NCBI GenBank assembly: GCA_951406725.2
Contig: OX597823.1
Coordinates: 82,646,001 to 82,710,000 of the forward strand
DNA from: Octopus vulgaris
Taxonomy: Eukaryota
Direction: 5' to 3'
DNA length: 64,000 bases
Of this stretch, positions 27,486 through 41,710 are shown piece after piece. Under the pieces are notes generated by a model. The model did not search any database and was not told the DNA's origin. It saw only the letters and a program-made list of their open reading frames with translations. The stretch's first letter is position 1. Each line of letters opens with the position of its first letter. The position numbers and the translations under genes are program-made.

Positions 27486-28860
27486 CTATACTTGTATTTA
27501 TATTTACTTATATTTATATTCTCTTTTATATATATTCTACTTATTATACAACATTACTCTTTTATGTACACTTTTTTATGTACATTCCTTTATGTACACT
27601 AATTTGTTCTGCTTTTTTATGTTTAACCCTACAGTTTCTTATGTGGTGGTTTAATAAAGTATGTGATTGAGTATTATCTGGTAATTGATATTTGATTTAG
27701 ATGTATTTCTCCATTTTCTTATCTTGTATTAGTAATTTGTGGTAAATCATTTTACCTTTGCCCATATAATACAGTAAATGAATTGATTGCATCGCAATCC
27801 TTAACATTTATGTATTAACTTTGTTGGGTACTTCACTAGGAGTATATTGGATATATGTTATCCCATGGGGGGTTGCATTTATAACCTCTATCTCAATTTG
27901 TATATATATATATATATCTAAAGAAAGATCACACAGATCGGTCGTATTAATGGGTGAGGAAGAAATTTACGCAAACATGTTTCCCTCGTCAGTTGTTGAT
28001 CAAGCATCATCACAATTTCGCCCCTTTCAATAGTCAGCAAAGCGAATGCTACTGAACGTAGAGGAGCAAGTATGGAAAACGAAAATAGACTAACGACAAA
28101 ATCACTAAACGATCAGTCTAAAGAAACTCGGTATCAGATAAAAAAATTTTTTCAAAACGAAGTAAGAGAGGGTATACAAGTTACATAAAGCACTTCAAAA
28201 TAAGGACAAATCTAAAATTGTCTGTGTATGAAGTAACACTACAAGGAAGGACAGAAACTAAGATGACATAAAAGAGTTAAATATCCCTAAGAAACAGGTA
28301 TCACGACAAATATAGAATTTATTTAGATAAACTTATTCAAATTTGACAGAAAAGCTAGTAAAATCTTAAGATGTTATCATCAAATTCCTGATACACGTTA
28401 TAACAATGTGGGCATTAATTATGTTAATGAATTGTGATGACTGAATGAAAAATATAATAAATATTTAAACAAAGTATACCGTTCCCTTTAATATATATCA
28501 TATTTTGCATCACACAAATGCACACATACAGAATGTGTATTATATTTGCTTCTCTCCTTCCCCCCTCTCTTTATACAAACATGTGTTTATATAAAAATAT
28601 ATATGTATTTATATATACACACACATACACACACAAACATATATATATGCATATACTCATATGAATATATAAATGTACATATACATATACATACATACAT
28701 ACATATATATATATACATATAGGTGTATATATATCTGTATCTATATATACACACACATTCATACGTATATCACTTCACACGAATATACTAAGACTGTAGC
28801 ATGTGCATGTTTATTTATGTGTAAACATTTCCTGCTATACATGCATAAATATCAATAAAT

Positions 28861-28946
<86 letters not shown>

Positions 28947-29904
28947 GTCAATCTACACACACACACACATATACGTACCTACGTACATAGGCATATAACG
29001 ATCACACGTTTGATAATGTGTGTGTACTTATGTGCATGCAGAGGGCATATATATATATAAACGTGTATACATATTTGTACACATACATACATAAATATAT
29101 ATATATGTATGTATATACACACGCGCACACACACATATATATATATAAGCACATATTTACATACGTATATATGTTTATATATACATTATATATATATATA
29201 TATATGTACACATATGCGCATATATACGTGTATATATATATGTTTATACACACACACATACGCACACATACATATATATAAAATGAGCGAGAGGGAGTCA
29301 TCGACAAAATATATGAATCTTTTGCAAAGACGAAGACAATAAAATTTAAATGTAAACGATATCGACAAGGATCTCATATATCTAGCTTCATTTTGTCGTG
29401 TACTGACATTTTCTTTCATCTATTGTTCTAATATTACAATTCATTCTTTTGTCCATTCAAAGGAAACGAGAAATGTGAAGAAATTCAATTGAGAACTATA
29501 TTACGGAAGAAATATTACATAAGAATCTTCGCTTGGAAATTTCCTAAACTATATATTATATTTATTATATTTGAATTCGAGTGGGAAACCATCTTGATTT
29601 CAATATCTCTCGTATTTTTTTGCTAGGAAACAGGTAAATAATTAAATTTTCCGATTATATTCAACTTTCAAGTGAGAACATTTTTTATTCAGACCGCCTC
29701 CTGACTTGCATTCCTTTCCAAGAACCCTGCGCATTATATTCCACGTTCTTTGCATCTAAAGATGTCGTACAATGTTTAGTTAACAACTACCCTGTGTGCG
29801 CGTGGCTTCTCCGGAGACATCTACGCCCTCATCGCATCACTTAGACAGACTATACATAGTTACATACATTTACACACACACACACACATATTATATATGT
29901 TTTT

Positions 29905-30170
29905 TATGCAGCGCGTAGTATAGAACCCTTTAGAAATAAATCAAATGGGTGTTGACAGTTAAGTTCTAGTTGATGGTGAGAAATTAATTAGTATCAGATG
30001 CTCTTGCCGACCATTATTCTACTGAGACCATAAATCTAGCTTTATCTACATAAAAGGATATGTCTCAGCGTTGTTAGTAAGACTGGTGGAGAAGAAGTTA
30101 TAACAATAAGAAAGAAGGACGGGGGGCGGCTAGCACATATTTAGATAGCCAAATGAAAGGGGAATAGATC
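29905..30170. repeat. Unclassified dispersed repeat, copy 2
   Basis: Colinear similarity to 26605-26870. Confidence 0.8.
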
Positions 30171-30341
30171 GCTAGCTACTAAACCTTTTATATTTTTATC
30201 TTCTCTCTCTTTATTTTTGTGTTCGAGCGTAGGCTCGAAACGTAAAACACTTTCTCACTTCCCGAGCGTTAAACTAATGCATTTGTTTGTTGTTTACACA
30301 TCCGTCTTCGTCTTTGGTTTTGTTTGTTTTTTGTAAATTCC

Positions 30342-30376
<35 letters not shown>

Positions 30377-30534
30377 TATATATATTTTTTAAATAAACAT
30401 ACAAATTTCCACACGAAAGCACATAATCTATGCCCTAGGCACGTAACTTCAACCGTGTTTTTTCTGATGTGAATTTGCTACCCAGGTATCGGTTAATTCG
30501 AATTATCCTTTATAAGATAATTCATTCATCTACT

Positions 30535-30595
<61 letters not shown>

Positions 30596-30875
30596 TTATA
30601 TACATGTATATATGTATATATATATATATATATTATTATATATCGGCATGGTCATTTTGCCAGTTTATATATAGATTTTCACGTAAATACATTTACTGAT
30701 TTCAAAAATCTGTTCGACAGCAATAATAATTCTCTAAACGAGATATAGACAGTAACTGCTCCATCACATAAGGAACATTAGCCATTTGAATGTGGCTAGG
30801 GACAGGGCAGGGCGGTGGGGGTGTTACTGATGCATTTAGCCCCAGGCGATCATCAACGTCACCAGATATATATAT

Positions 30876-31079
30876 AGATGCAGCACGGATCTTTGTCAGT
30901 GAACAGGTCGCGGACTTTAGCGACGAAAATATTTTGACAAATTAAACTTAAATGTTGAAGTGAATCGAACGGCTTTTGTGTGTTTCTTAAATGTCTTATA
31001 AACACCTTCCACGCTGCAATTGTTTTCGTTTCAGCACACGATCTCAGATCAAATTACTTGCTATGCGAGTACATCTCCG

Positions 31080-31083
<4 letters not shown>
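30876..31083 (+). mobile_element. TA-flanked short repeat, probably PLE-derived
   Basis: (TA)n on both sides; second copy at 1661-1869; carries a hammerhead fold. Confidence 0.75.
30892..30941 (+). ncRNA. Minimal type I hammerhead ribozyme, G3:C8 variant
   Basis: TTTGTCA-GTGAACA-G-GTCGC-ggacttta-GCGAC-GAA-AATATT-T-TGACAAA: 7-bp stem I, 5-bp stem II, palindromic stem III. Confidence 0.75.
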
Positions 31084-31121
<38 letters not shown>

Positions 31122-31873
31122 CCAGTTCACTCTTGACTTATGAAGAAAAATGATAGTACTCACTACAGCATTTTGAAAGCAGGTCAGATATGATCCATGT
31201 GACCATGCTGTTTCAGACTTCCCGTGTGAACGTCAACTTCAGAGGTTTGTATACATTCTCGGCCTTATTCCCCAAAGCATATGCAGCCAGAAAGCAGAGT
31301 TGTGCAATCATTGCTACACTGTTTACTTGTAGAGTCGGTTGCATATAGTGTAATGGCACCACATTATAACCGCTTCACGGAGCCTGACTCACATCTGCTG
31401 CCACTCGCTAGCTCTCTCCTCGTGGTCGGATCCAAATGGTTTTTCCGATGGAACTCTGTAACGAATTTTGAGCAGACATCTATGTCAATCATACAAGTGT
31501 GTGTATGTATATGTGTGTGTGTGTTTGTGTTTTCGTGTGTGTGGATGTATATATGCATATATGTATGTATGCATGTTTGTATGTAAATATGTATGCGCGA
31601 GCAGTTAGAAGGTTTTGTTTTGCTACCTTGGTACTCATTTAACCTATCAGGTCGGGTTAAATTCCTAAGCTGTGTCGAAGGCAACTAATACAGGAAATAA
31701 ATATCTCTAACAGAAATGTCTCAGGTGAGTTTTTCATTGAATTTATGGCAAACATTCACACAAATTTTCTATTATCAGCATTTCTGAAAAATGTGGCAGG
31801 CCGTACCGAGCCTCTGAAAACAAATCACCCCTATAAACTGTCTTACATAGGTCGAAATCAGCAGGAAAAATCC

Positions 31874-31942
<69 letters not shown>

Positions 31943-31982
31943 CTCGCTTTGTTGTTTATTCTTGCTTGTTCATGTATGAATT

Positions 31983-32053
<71 letters not shown>

Positions 32054-32058
<5 letters not shown>

Positions 32059-32290
32059 AATCAAGGAACGGCCATAATAGGCCATTCACCCACTAGAAAT
32101 AACAGCCAAAAGCTTTAACTGCAAAATAACATTAATTCCGTAAACCAGGAGAAAATTGAAAAACATTTACCCTGTAAATGTTTTTCAATTTTCTCCTGGT
32201 TTACGGAATTAATGTTATTTTGCGGTTAAAGCTTTTGGCTGTTATTTCTAGTGGGTGAATGGCCTATTATGGCCGTTCCTTGATTGTGAT
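32054..32290. repeat. Near-perfect palindrome, 117-bp arms with 3-nt spacer, in a TA-flanked repeat (to ~32400)
   Basis: 32054-32170 versus 32174-32290; one mismatch seen by eye. Confidence 0.95.
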
Positions 32291-32393
32291 GTTGAACTTA
32301 AAAATGGTTTATGACTAATTAATTTTTTCCCACTAGGCCGCTGGTGGCAAAAGAATTCTACAAAATTTTTTTTGCCACCCTATATTGATTAAT

Positions 32394-32486
<93 letters not shown>

Positions 32487-33506
32487 GTGTGGATAAAGAT
32501 ACGTATATACACACACATACACACACACATATATATATATACGTACACAAACACGCACACATAGACACGCTCAAACATACACTCATGCATGTATATTCGT
32601 GTGCTTGCTTGTGTATGTATTGTTCCTTCATGCCTTCGTGCCTTTATGACTGTGGGCGTAAGGATGTGTTTCATCTGCATAATTTTCCAATTATGTAAAT
32701 GAACACGTTTCTGTGTATGGAACTCTTTCTTCTGAATAAATGGAGCTATTACACCTGTTACACGTGAGTGAAGTTAGACACATTCACTATACTGGAATGA
32801 AATTCATCTGTGAAGGAAAATACTACTCCCCACTCTCTCTTTTTATTTCACTGTCTTTTCTTCTCTCGCAAACGTTCACATGTACGTCTGACTGTCATAT
32901 CTACTTGAGTATTGCATTTTGATTATATATTGTTATTGCATAAAAAGACCAAACCTAGATCATTCATTCGATAAAATTATCTTTATTACTGCGACTGTTA
33001 TAACACCATATTAAAGTTAATAATCGTCTACTGCACAAACATGGAATATCTACTTGAAAGTGTAATCATGTATCACGAACTGCATTCCACTAAACAGTAT
33101 GTTAATCCACAACACTGGATATGTGAGTCCTTGTGTGAAGCATATGATAATAGAAGCCATGACCACAGTATTTGATTAATCATAAATTTATCAATAACTG
33201 ACATTATAGCGAACATCAGCGATGGTAGATTGGTGAAGGTGCTAAAAGCGTATAGCGTGATATGAAATGATTTACAGTCTTTACCGAGGTAGATACAATC
33301 CTTTGTATTTCTGCGTTCAAATCCTACCGAAATCTACCTGTCGGTGAAATTGTACCAAACAAGTACAGTACATCATGAATTTTGTGTAACCTTTGTATCA
33401 AAAGCGTTTCCGGATTACTGATTTTTCCGAACCAGTGGTTGACACCTGGGTTTAATTTACTAAATATTAGATTTACTTAAACAATGAAATGAAATAGAGA
33501 TACCTG

Positions 33507-33697
33507 TATAAATGATACAAGTTTATTACTACTGTCCTGAGCAAGGCACTAGTCTGTGTTGTGCTTGGTGCCAGGAAGCTGACCTGTCGGTCAGGGGAAT
33601 TTGAAGTTCCTGCCCGTAAATTAGTGCGAGTTATAAGATTCTGAACTATTAGTGTCCGCCAAGTTGGTGTTGTAAACGTTCAAGGATCAAGGTAAGT
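33507..33697 (+). promoter_or_regulatory. Candidate TATA promoter and non-coding first exon
   Basis: TATAAA at 33507-33512; ATG-free, locally GC-richer unique sequence ending in consensus donor AAG|GTAAGT at 33691/33692. Confidence 0.3.
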
Positions 33698-35109
33698 CTC
33701 TATATCAGTCACAAAAATTCATAAATTCTTACTCTGTGTCTAAATCTAGAATTAATTTTAAGGTTTCATGCGTTAACCCCTTAATTAAAGGCAGTTCTTG
33801 CTAATTGATATTGGATATAATATCAGCGAAACATGAATTTGTAGGGGATATCATCATGTCCGAAACAATTTTTTGGGTGGGGTAGAAAACACTGTTATAG
33901 GCTTATTTCCTTCAGATAATTTGATAAAAAGAATCATTCCGGTATTTGATCTGAATACAGACAGAAAAACAGATATAATACAAAAGGAGAAAGAAAAATA
34001 GCGAACGCGCTCCATTATTTTCATCTTCCCGTTATGTCTTATCTTTGTTCATAATCAAATTATGGATAAACATATGAACATAGTTCTTTTAGTAATAATA
34101 GCTTAATGTATAATTTACTTTGACAAAACTGTTTCTTTTATATTACGAGTAGTCAAAGAACTATCACGTTTTTCAGAATTTCTGAATCTACTGGCAAAAT
34201 ATTTATGATAACACCCATCATGCTGCAAGAAATGGTTTGTTTTTATGAAGAAATATGAGATTTGTTTCATTTTTCTTTTTCTTTTTCGAAGAAAATGTTT
34301 GTTGGATGGCTTATAGTTAAAATGGAAATTGGAATATATTGTATTCAATAATTTCTCTCCATCCTTAAAAATGCACTAAACAATGTATTTCTGTTTCATT
34401 TACTAAAGATATCGTTATGAGCAGACGAATTGCTGTGAGAAGAAATTGAAAAAAGGGAAAGAGAATCAAATTACTGATTATCAGGGGAAATAAGAGAGTC
34501 ATTAATTTTGTGTGTATTTCTTGAATAGAAAGGAAGGGATGCATTTGTCATTAGAACTATGAATGATGATGAATGAATCAAGGAGTGATAAAGTGAGTTT
34601 TTGTAATGTTCATGTTAAATAAATATATGAAGTCAGGGAGTGGAAGATGTTCTTAAAGTGGCGTTTAACAAGTATAATATTTTTTCATGTTGTGGCAACA
34701 CGCAATAAGAGGCAAGGAGAGTGATAAGAGGTGTAGAATCAGGGCATAATTTCAGGAAACTCAATAATTCAGAGGAAATGTTATCCTCGTACCTGGAGTT
34801 ATCTAGCGAAAGTTACTACAAAGGAGATAAAACGTTGTTCATTATATTTGGCGGGATTATAAGTACGAATCTGAAGTTGAAGAATACATTATAAGATGCA
34901 TATATTAATTATATTTAATTGTTATATTTTTGCTTACTTATTACGAACGTATCAACATTTTAAGTCTAAGGTAATCCTGTATAGCGCCATTTCATTCTGA
35001 ATTTTCCACATGATTCCGGGTTCAGTCCCACTGTGTCTATTACTATAACCTTGGGCCAAAAAAATCTTTGTGAGTAGACTTGATAAGCAGAAACTGAAAG
35101 AAGCCTGTC

Positions 35110-35148
<39 letters not shown>

Positions 35149-35172
35149 GCAAACTGGGACAAGTCGTATATA

Positions 35173-35233
<61 letters not shown>

Positions 35234-36059
35234 GTGTGTGTGTTTGTGAGTGCGCTTTTGATCTGCATTTGTTCCCCACCACCGGCGTTGTTGAATTTAT
35301 CTCCCCGTAACTTTGCCGTTCGGCAAAAGACTTATAGAATAAGTACCAGACGTTAAAATAAATAAGTGGTGCACCAGCATGGCCGCAGTCTAATAACTGA
35401 AACAAGTTAAAAACGAAAGATAAAAGACGATGTAATCTAAAGTCTAGAAATGAAATATTTTATGAAGTGAGAAATTTTTTATAGAGAGACAAATATTCAA
35501 CTACACACCGTAGGCTGTACAACTTTTGATAAACTTTCATGGCATCTCCTTACATATAATGCAGCTAAAACGCCTTCTCAGAGTGTAGACATATGTTCAG
35601 ATCCTGGAGTCTATTCCAACAGTAGATATTAGGATTCTAGGCGGATTTTGCTGTGGTACTAGCAAAATTAACAAGGTTGGACAACTATATTTGGTAAAAC
35701 ACTTACTGTAAATTACATTGGCGTATATTTTATCTATTTTCAAGCCATATATTTATGTTTTATAGCGACATCCTCAGGCAGAAAGCTTCCAAGGCAGTTC
35801 AAGATATTCTATACAAATATTACGTTTATTTTATCTTCTTGTGTTGCTACATGAATGTGATTAGATATATCTAAGAACGTTTGTCTCAGCCAGAAACGTC
35901 TGTTGGAAACAAAGCTATTTCAAAAATGGATTGCATTAGCTGCAGTGTCTTGACAGGATTATCCTCAAATAGAACCGCCATTCTGTTAGCATTTTCTTTC
36001 ATATAGAAATAATTCTCGAATTCTCTCATTAAATACTCTTTCTCTTCTTACAAGCATGC

Positions 36060-36096
36060 ACACATGCACACGCATAATACATACATACACACATAC

Positions 36097-36141
<45 letters not shown>

Positions 36142-36198
36142 CATATATATATATATATATATATGATATATATATATATATATATACATATATATATG

Positions 36199-36237
<39 letters not shown>

Positions 36238-36274
36238 GCATACATACATATATGAATATATATATAAGTATATA

Positions 36275-36327
<53 letters not shown>

Positions 36328-36384
36328 GTATATATATGTATATATATATGTATATATATATATATGTATATATATATGTATATG

Positions 36385-36437
<53 letters not shown>

Positions 36438-36505
36438 GTATAATATTTATATACATATATATATATATGTGAATATATATATATGTATATATATATATGT
36501 ATATA

Positions 36506-36576
<71 letters not shown>
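36060..36576. repeat. Long (TA)n-dominated microsatellite
   Basis: Direct reading; similar fields at 28590-29280, 37345-37695, 52560-53000, 61100-61495, 63700-63970. Confidence 0.95.
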
Positions 36577-36579
<3 letters not shown>

Positions 36580-37377
36580 ATTGAACAGATAAAGATTTCT
36601 TTACCACAAATATTTTAGCAACTTACAGCCAAAGGATAAACGTAAAATAATAATTGTAGTGAATATTCATATGAGCCTGTATACCTTTTAACACTTGGTA
36701 TGAAATAAGTACGTAGCTACATCAAACTGGGTGGTCGAAGGTTCGAACCGCAACACCAGTACTGACTGCGTTATTGCGTTGTATAACAGATCGAGGAAAA
36801 CTTTCTGTTTGGAATAGATCTTGTCTGAATTATAAAAAAGATAGACACGCGAGAGTTTACAAATCAGAAAACCAAAAATACATGAAAATGGGACAGAAAA
36901 TCATAGAAAAATAAAGTATCATAGAATCCATATATGCATTTGTGCATGCATGCATGCATGCATTCATATGTGTGCATGTGTATGCGTGTATATGTGTGAG
37001 TAGCTTATAGATAATTTGTCTTCCAATCGTACCAATTCTTTTACTTCTAAAATTTGGTGAACAACAAACACAATACAATAAAAATCCCGTTCAGCAACCA
37101 TTGCCTTGAATTGTTCAAAGTCGTACAATCCTCTTCCAAATGTCCGCCTATTTTTTATGTCCCTCTATACGTTAGCTGATTAGCTTTCACTGTGACTGTT
37201 CGGTTTCCTCATAGGATTTCATTAGGTATGATTCAGAAAGAGAATATACATGAAGATATATGAGGAAAATATCATAATCTTGTTTATAAATTATATTTTG
37301 AACGTAAATATTCATATAATGATGGCAATGCTAACATTAAATTGAGTTATATATATATATGTATATATATACCTACA

Positions 37378-37414
<37 letters not shown>

Positions 37415-37423
37415 GTATGTATG

Positions 37424-37472
<49 letters not shown>

Positions 37473-37473
37473 C

Positions 37474-37513
<40 letters not shown>

Positions 37514-37534
37514 TATATATATGTATATATATAC

Positions 37535-37571
<37 letters not shown>

Positions 37572-37611
37572 TATATATATATGTATATATATATATATAC
37601 CTGCACACACG

Positions 37612-37669
<58 letters not shown>

Positions 37670-37973
37670 CATGTATGTATGTATATATATATGTTGATAT
37701 TTGTGATGGCAACGAATTTGATATTAAGTAATGTTTATGTAGAAGGTGAATGAAACCCATGGTAACACTTGAAATGATGCAACCATCACATGAATTTATT
37801 AATACAAGTTATAAAGTAAAATAGATAGCCCAAAGATCTTGGATTAAACATCACGGATATTTCTTCTTTATTTTTTCTTATATGAATTATTGATTTGTGG
37901 AGAAATTGTAATTATGAAAGTAATTGTTCTGTTTGTGTTTTATACTACATGTTACATGATAAATTGATTCCTC

Positions 37974-38048
<75 letters not shown>

Positions 38049-38569
38049 ACTTTCTGTCTTCCCCTGTTATATTTTCCCGTTTACAATTAAATAAACAATA
38101 CAATACGCATGCACACACAGCACACTCGGACACACACATATATACATGTATATATACATGTATAATACATTTACATACAGATATATACACACGTGCGCAT
38201 ATATAAATATAAGCACATTTATACTTACATACTACATACACGCACACACGCACATATATATATGGGTACATACGCACATACATACATTTAGGTGCACACA
38301 CATGAATAGAAGAAACATTAACATAACAGAAATTGTAATTAATAAATTCAGAACAAAACACTAGAATAGATTATGTCTAAATCTAGAAAAGAATTAATAA
38401 GTAAAAGAAAATGCGAAGCAAAAGAAATTCGTTAGAATAAAGTGGAAGAGCTGTCAAGATATATTATTTTAAGGTGTTTTTGCCAACAAATTTTATCTGA
38501 TAGAAAATCATAATACTAGATCGTTATAAAATCTCTTAACTCTCGTTCTTCGTTTTGTTTTTCCTCTAG

Positions 38570-38648
38570 GTTTTGTCAGAAGTACTTGGCTTATATCTTG
38601 CTTGGCAAGTCGATATAGAAGAAGAAATAAATTATATCTGCAGCAAAA
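38570..38648 (+). other. Candidate internal exon (79 nt)
   Basis: Long polypyrimidine tract ending TTCCTCTAG, donor AA|GTTCGT; no ATG; two frames open. Confidence 0.35.
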
Positions 38649-39364
38649 GTTCGTGTATATAAACTATAGTCGTTTTATTCTTGTTATTTTAGATATTGCT
38701 ACTATCCTCATAATCATAGCCATCATCATCATCGACATGGTCATCGTCGTCGTCGTTCTTATTCAAATAGATTATTGAGAAATACAGTCTATACTTTGAG
38801 GAGAATAGAAGAAAAATCTATTTCTGTTTCGTTTGTGAATGCATATTTTTACATTTAGTAGCAAAACTTTAAGCATATCGAAACAATTAAATCTTGCGTT
38901 GCATTTACATAATAACAGGCCCAATAAAATGTTTTATTGTTTAAAGGTTGAACTTGTCACGATCATCCGCAGATAATATTTCAGATAATAATAAATCAAA
39001 GAGAAATATACGGAAGGAGAAATTAATAAACGAGTGAAAAGGAGGAAAAGAAATATAAACATTTTAAAAGAACATACAAATTATTCAAATTAAAATAGCT
39101 CTTTCATATTATTCAATATGTCTGTATCTGCTATTTGGGTTATAGAGTCCGTGGCCTATATTGATTGCAGATGTACAGTCAGATAGTAATATGTATGCAC
39201 ATTAGGGTACATACACATGTACATGTATACACATGCATATGGAACAATATAGTAGCTTCATATTTCTCCTTTAGTTTGAATGCTATTAATATTCATGAAA
39301 CGTCTAAACTACTGCTTCCAGAAGTCTAAATATATTCCATACTATACCATATTTATATGCTATT

Positions 39365-39780
39365 TATATGAAGCCCTCTCGTCTTCCGAGGATCAGGCTC
39401 TACGGAGAACTTGCAATCGGAACAAGACCCAGAGGTGGCCCGAAATTCTGTTTTAAAGACCAGCTCAAACGGACTCTGGCTCAAACTAACATCCAGCCAT
39501 CAACATGGGAACAGTTTGCCATGGATAGGACAGCCTGGAGAACTGCTATCCGCAATGGAGCCAACTCCTTCGAGAAGAACAGAAAACAGAATGAGGAGGT
39601 ACAATACAGGGAAAGAAAAACGCGTCTTCAACATCCTTGACCCGCACCGACCACCCTGTGCGAATTCTGTCACCACCGACTTGGACTCCAAGTCACATTC
39701 GGCACAGAAATCTGCTTAGGAGATTGGATGGAGACTGACGAACCCAATGCTTGGATACGAGCTGGAGCCGACGACTATGT
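39365..39780 (+). mobile_element. 3' fragment of a second RTE-clade LINE
   Basis: RLPRIRLYGELAIGTRPRGGPKFCFKDQLKRTL...WEQFAMDRTAWRTAIRNG, a typical RTE C-terminal region. Confidence 0.9.
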
Positions 39781-40044
39781 AAATATCACACTATTAAAAC
39801 ATTTATATACGATATATACTATATCATATTTGTATACTATATCATATATCGTACTCTATACTATATCATATTTAAATACTATATTTCATACAATATATTA
39901 TGTTATATCATAATGGACCACTATATATCATACTATATATAATATTAAATGATATCTCTATGAAATAATATAGTATAAATACCTTTACTATTCATGGAAC
40001 GTCTAACCGCTGCTTACCGAATAATCTAGATATATATCATACTA

Positions 40045-40260
40045 CAGTAACCCCTCAACTATCTCTGGTGCTACGTTCTAAAGCTCCCCGCGATATGTGA
40101 ACATCCGCGAAGTATAAACAGTGCTGTGCTGTATATATTTTAAAAATTATTTTTATAATTTGTGTATATTTTATTATAAATGCAAAGCAACACCACGGAG
40201 CCGACGTAAGCTTAAATAATAAACCGCGTAAGTGAACTATGATATGGCGAGGGATAACTG
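40045..40260. mobile_element. pogo/Tigger-like MITE
   Basis: TA-CAGTAACCCCTC ... GAGGGATAACTG-TA imperfect TIRs with TA TSD. Confidence 0.85.
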
Positions 40261-40433
40261 TATATAATTTTTTACTTGTTTCAGTCATCTGATTGCGGCC
40301 ATGCTGGAGTACAGCCTTGAAGTGTTTTTGAATCGAACAAAGTGACCCTAGAACTTATTTATTCAAAATATCACACTACATAATATCATACTATAACACA
40401 TTTTGAGATACTGTCTAGAAATAGAAGGATATA

Positions 40434-40484
<51 letters not shown>

Positions 40485-41389
40485 CACATGCATACATACA
40501 CCCACACATGTATATTTAACCACTCACCCTCACTTATTCATTTGAATCTATTTCCTTGAAGGTATTGTTTACCCTGAGATAATCTCTTATCAAGTCGATT
40601 TCCGTAGAAAGCAATACAGTTCTGACCATCTCATCATAGTTTTGTTTCGCTTTTCACACTAAGGTTTTATAGCTACATTAACAAATGTCTTTCACGCTCT
40701 CTGTAAGACGACGATGTGATATTTCAGCGAGATTCGGCTGCTATGTCTAGCAGGTCAAGCAACCATGTAGAGGTTCGCCATGTTTCTAATAATGTTTCGC
40801 CTTTTCAGAAATAGGAAATACTTGGAGAACTTGATGTTGATATGTATGTTGAGATGTTACTTTTTACCGACATGCAAAGTGACGGTCTGTGTCGAATGAT
40901 ACAGACGAGCGAGCCTTTCTCTTATAGTCGCTGGTGAAAATGCTATCACTGCTTCCACTGCTTCTGCTGCTGTCGTTGTTGTTGTTGTTGTTGTTAAGCA
41001 ACAAGACTGGTAAGGGTGATTAGGTGATGGTCTAGGGCTTAGGGGCGGGAGACCCCAGACCTTGGAAAAAAAAACTTTGGTCATGTTGTTGTAGTCGAGG
41101 GCTCTTCGTTGACACCCGACACCACTGGAAGGTGGCCCTCGAAGTCGCTGGAAATGGAGATCTCCAGGTCCAAATACTTGAACGGCTGCTGCTGCTGCTC
41201 CTACGTTAATTCACCCTAGCCGACTGGGAAACCTATAATCAGTCGATCGATATATTAGAAATAGCGGTTAAATATAACCCAAATCACAACTAACCATCTA
41301 AATATAGCAAAACACGTTAGAGTATTTAACTAAAGAAACGCAAATGTTGCATTGAATCGAATATATTCATATAAAGTCATATTTAGCAA

Positions 41390-41710
41390 GTTCCAGTGTA
41401 TTCGGACATGGGAAGATATTTCACTGAGGAAATAGTCTGGGAGAGAAAAAAAAGCTGGGCTATGAATGGCGTCATTGGACCGCAGTGCACATGTATTTCT
41501 GCGTTGTTGCCGGTCGTCAGCTACGAATACCAAATCTGCCTGTCACAATCCGAAAAGAAAGGCACATTCTTATGTCAGAACTGTAAAATCAAAGAGGAGA
41601 ATTTTCTTTCGAAATTGTTTCGAGAGCGACAGGTCTTTCACGTTCGTCATGCACTAAGAGAAAGCTTCTAAGTGGACGACGACAGAATGCGGCACCGGCA
41701 TCTCACTTAA
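41390..41710 (+). pseudogene. Coding-like relic of unknown family, partly duplicated at 42035-42100
   Basis: Non-repetitive composition, overlapping 63-91 aa ORFs, and a 66-nt paralogous segment with periodic substitutions. Confidence 0.35.

Noticed and set aside
27970-27997. Minus-strand CTGACGA-GG-GAAACATGT
   Set aside because: Core present but no stem II and stem I register off; at best a deleted remnant
30455-30530. CTGATGT-GAATT...AATTC-GAAT hammerhead-like segment
   Set aside because: A9 and stem III/stem I positions do not fit, and there is no second copy to confirm
41095-41190. Minus-strand QPFKYLDLEI, like a LINE RT thumb motif
   Set aside because: Too short to classify
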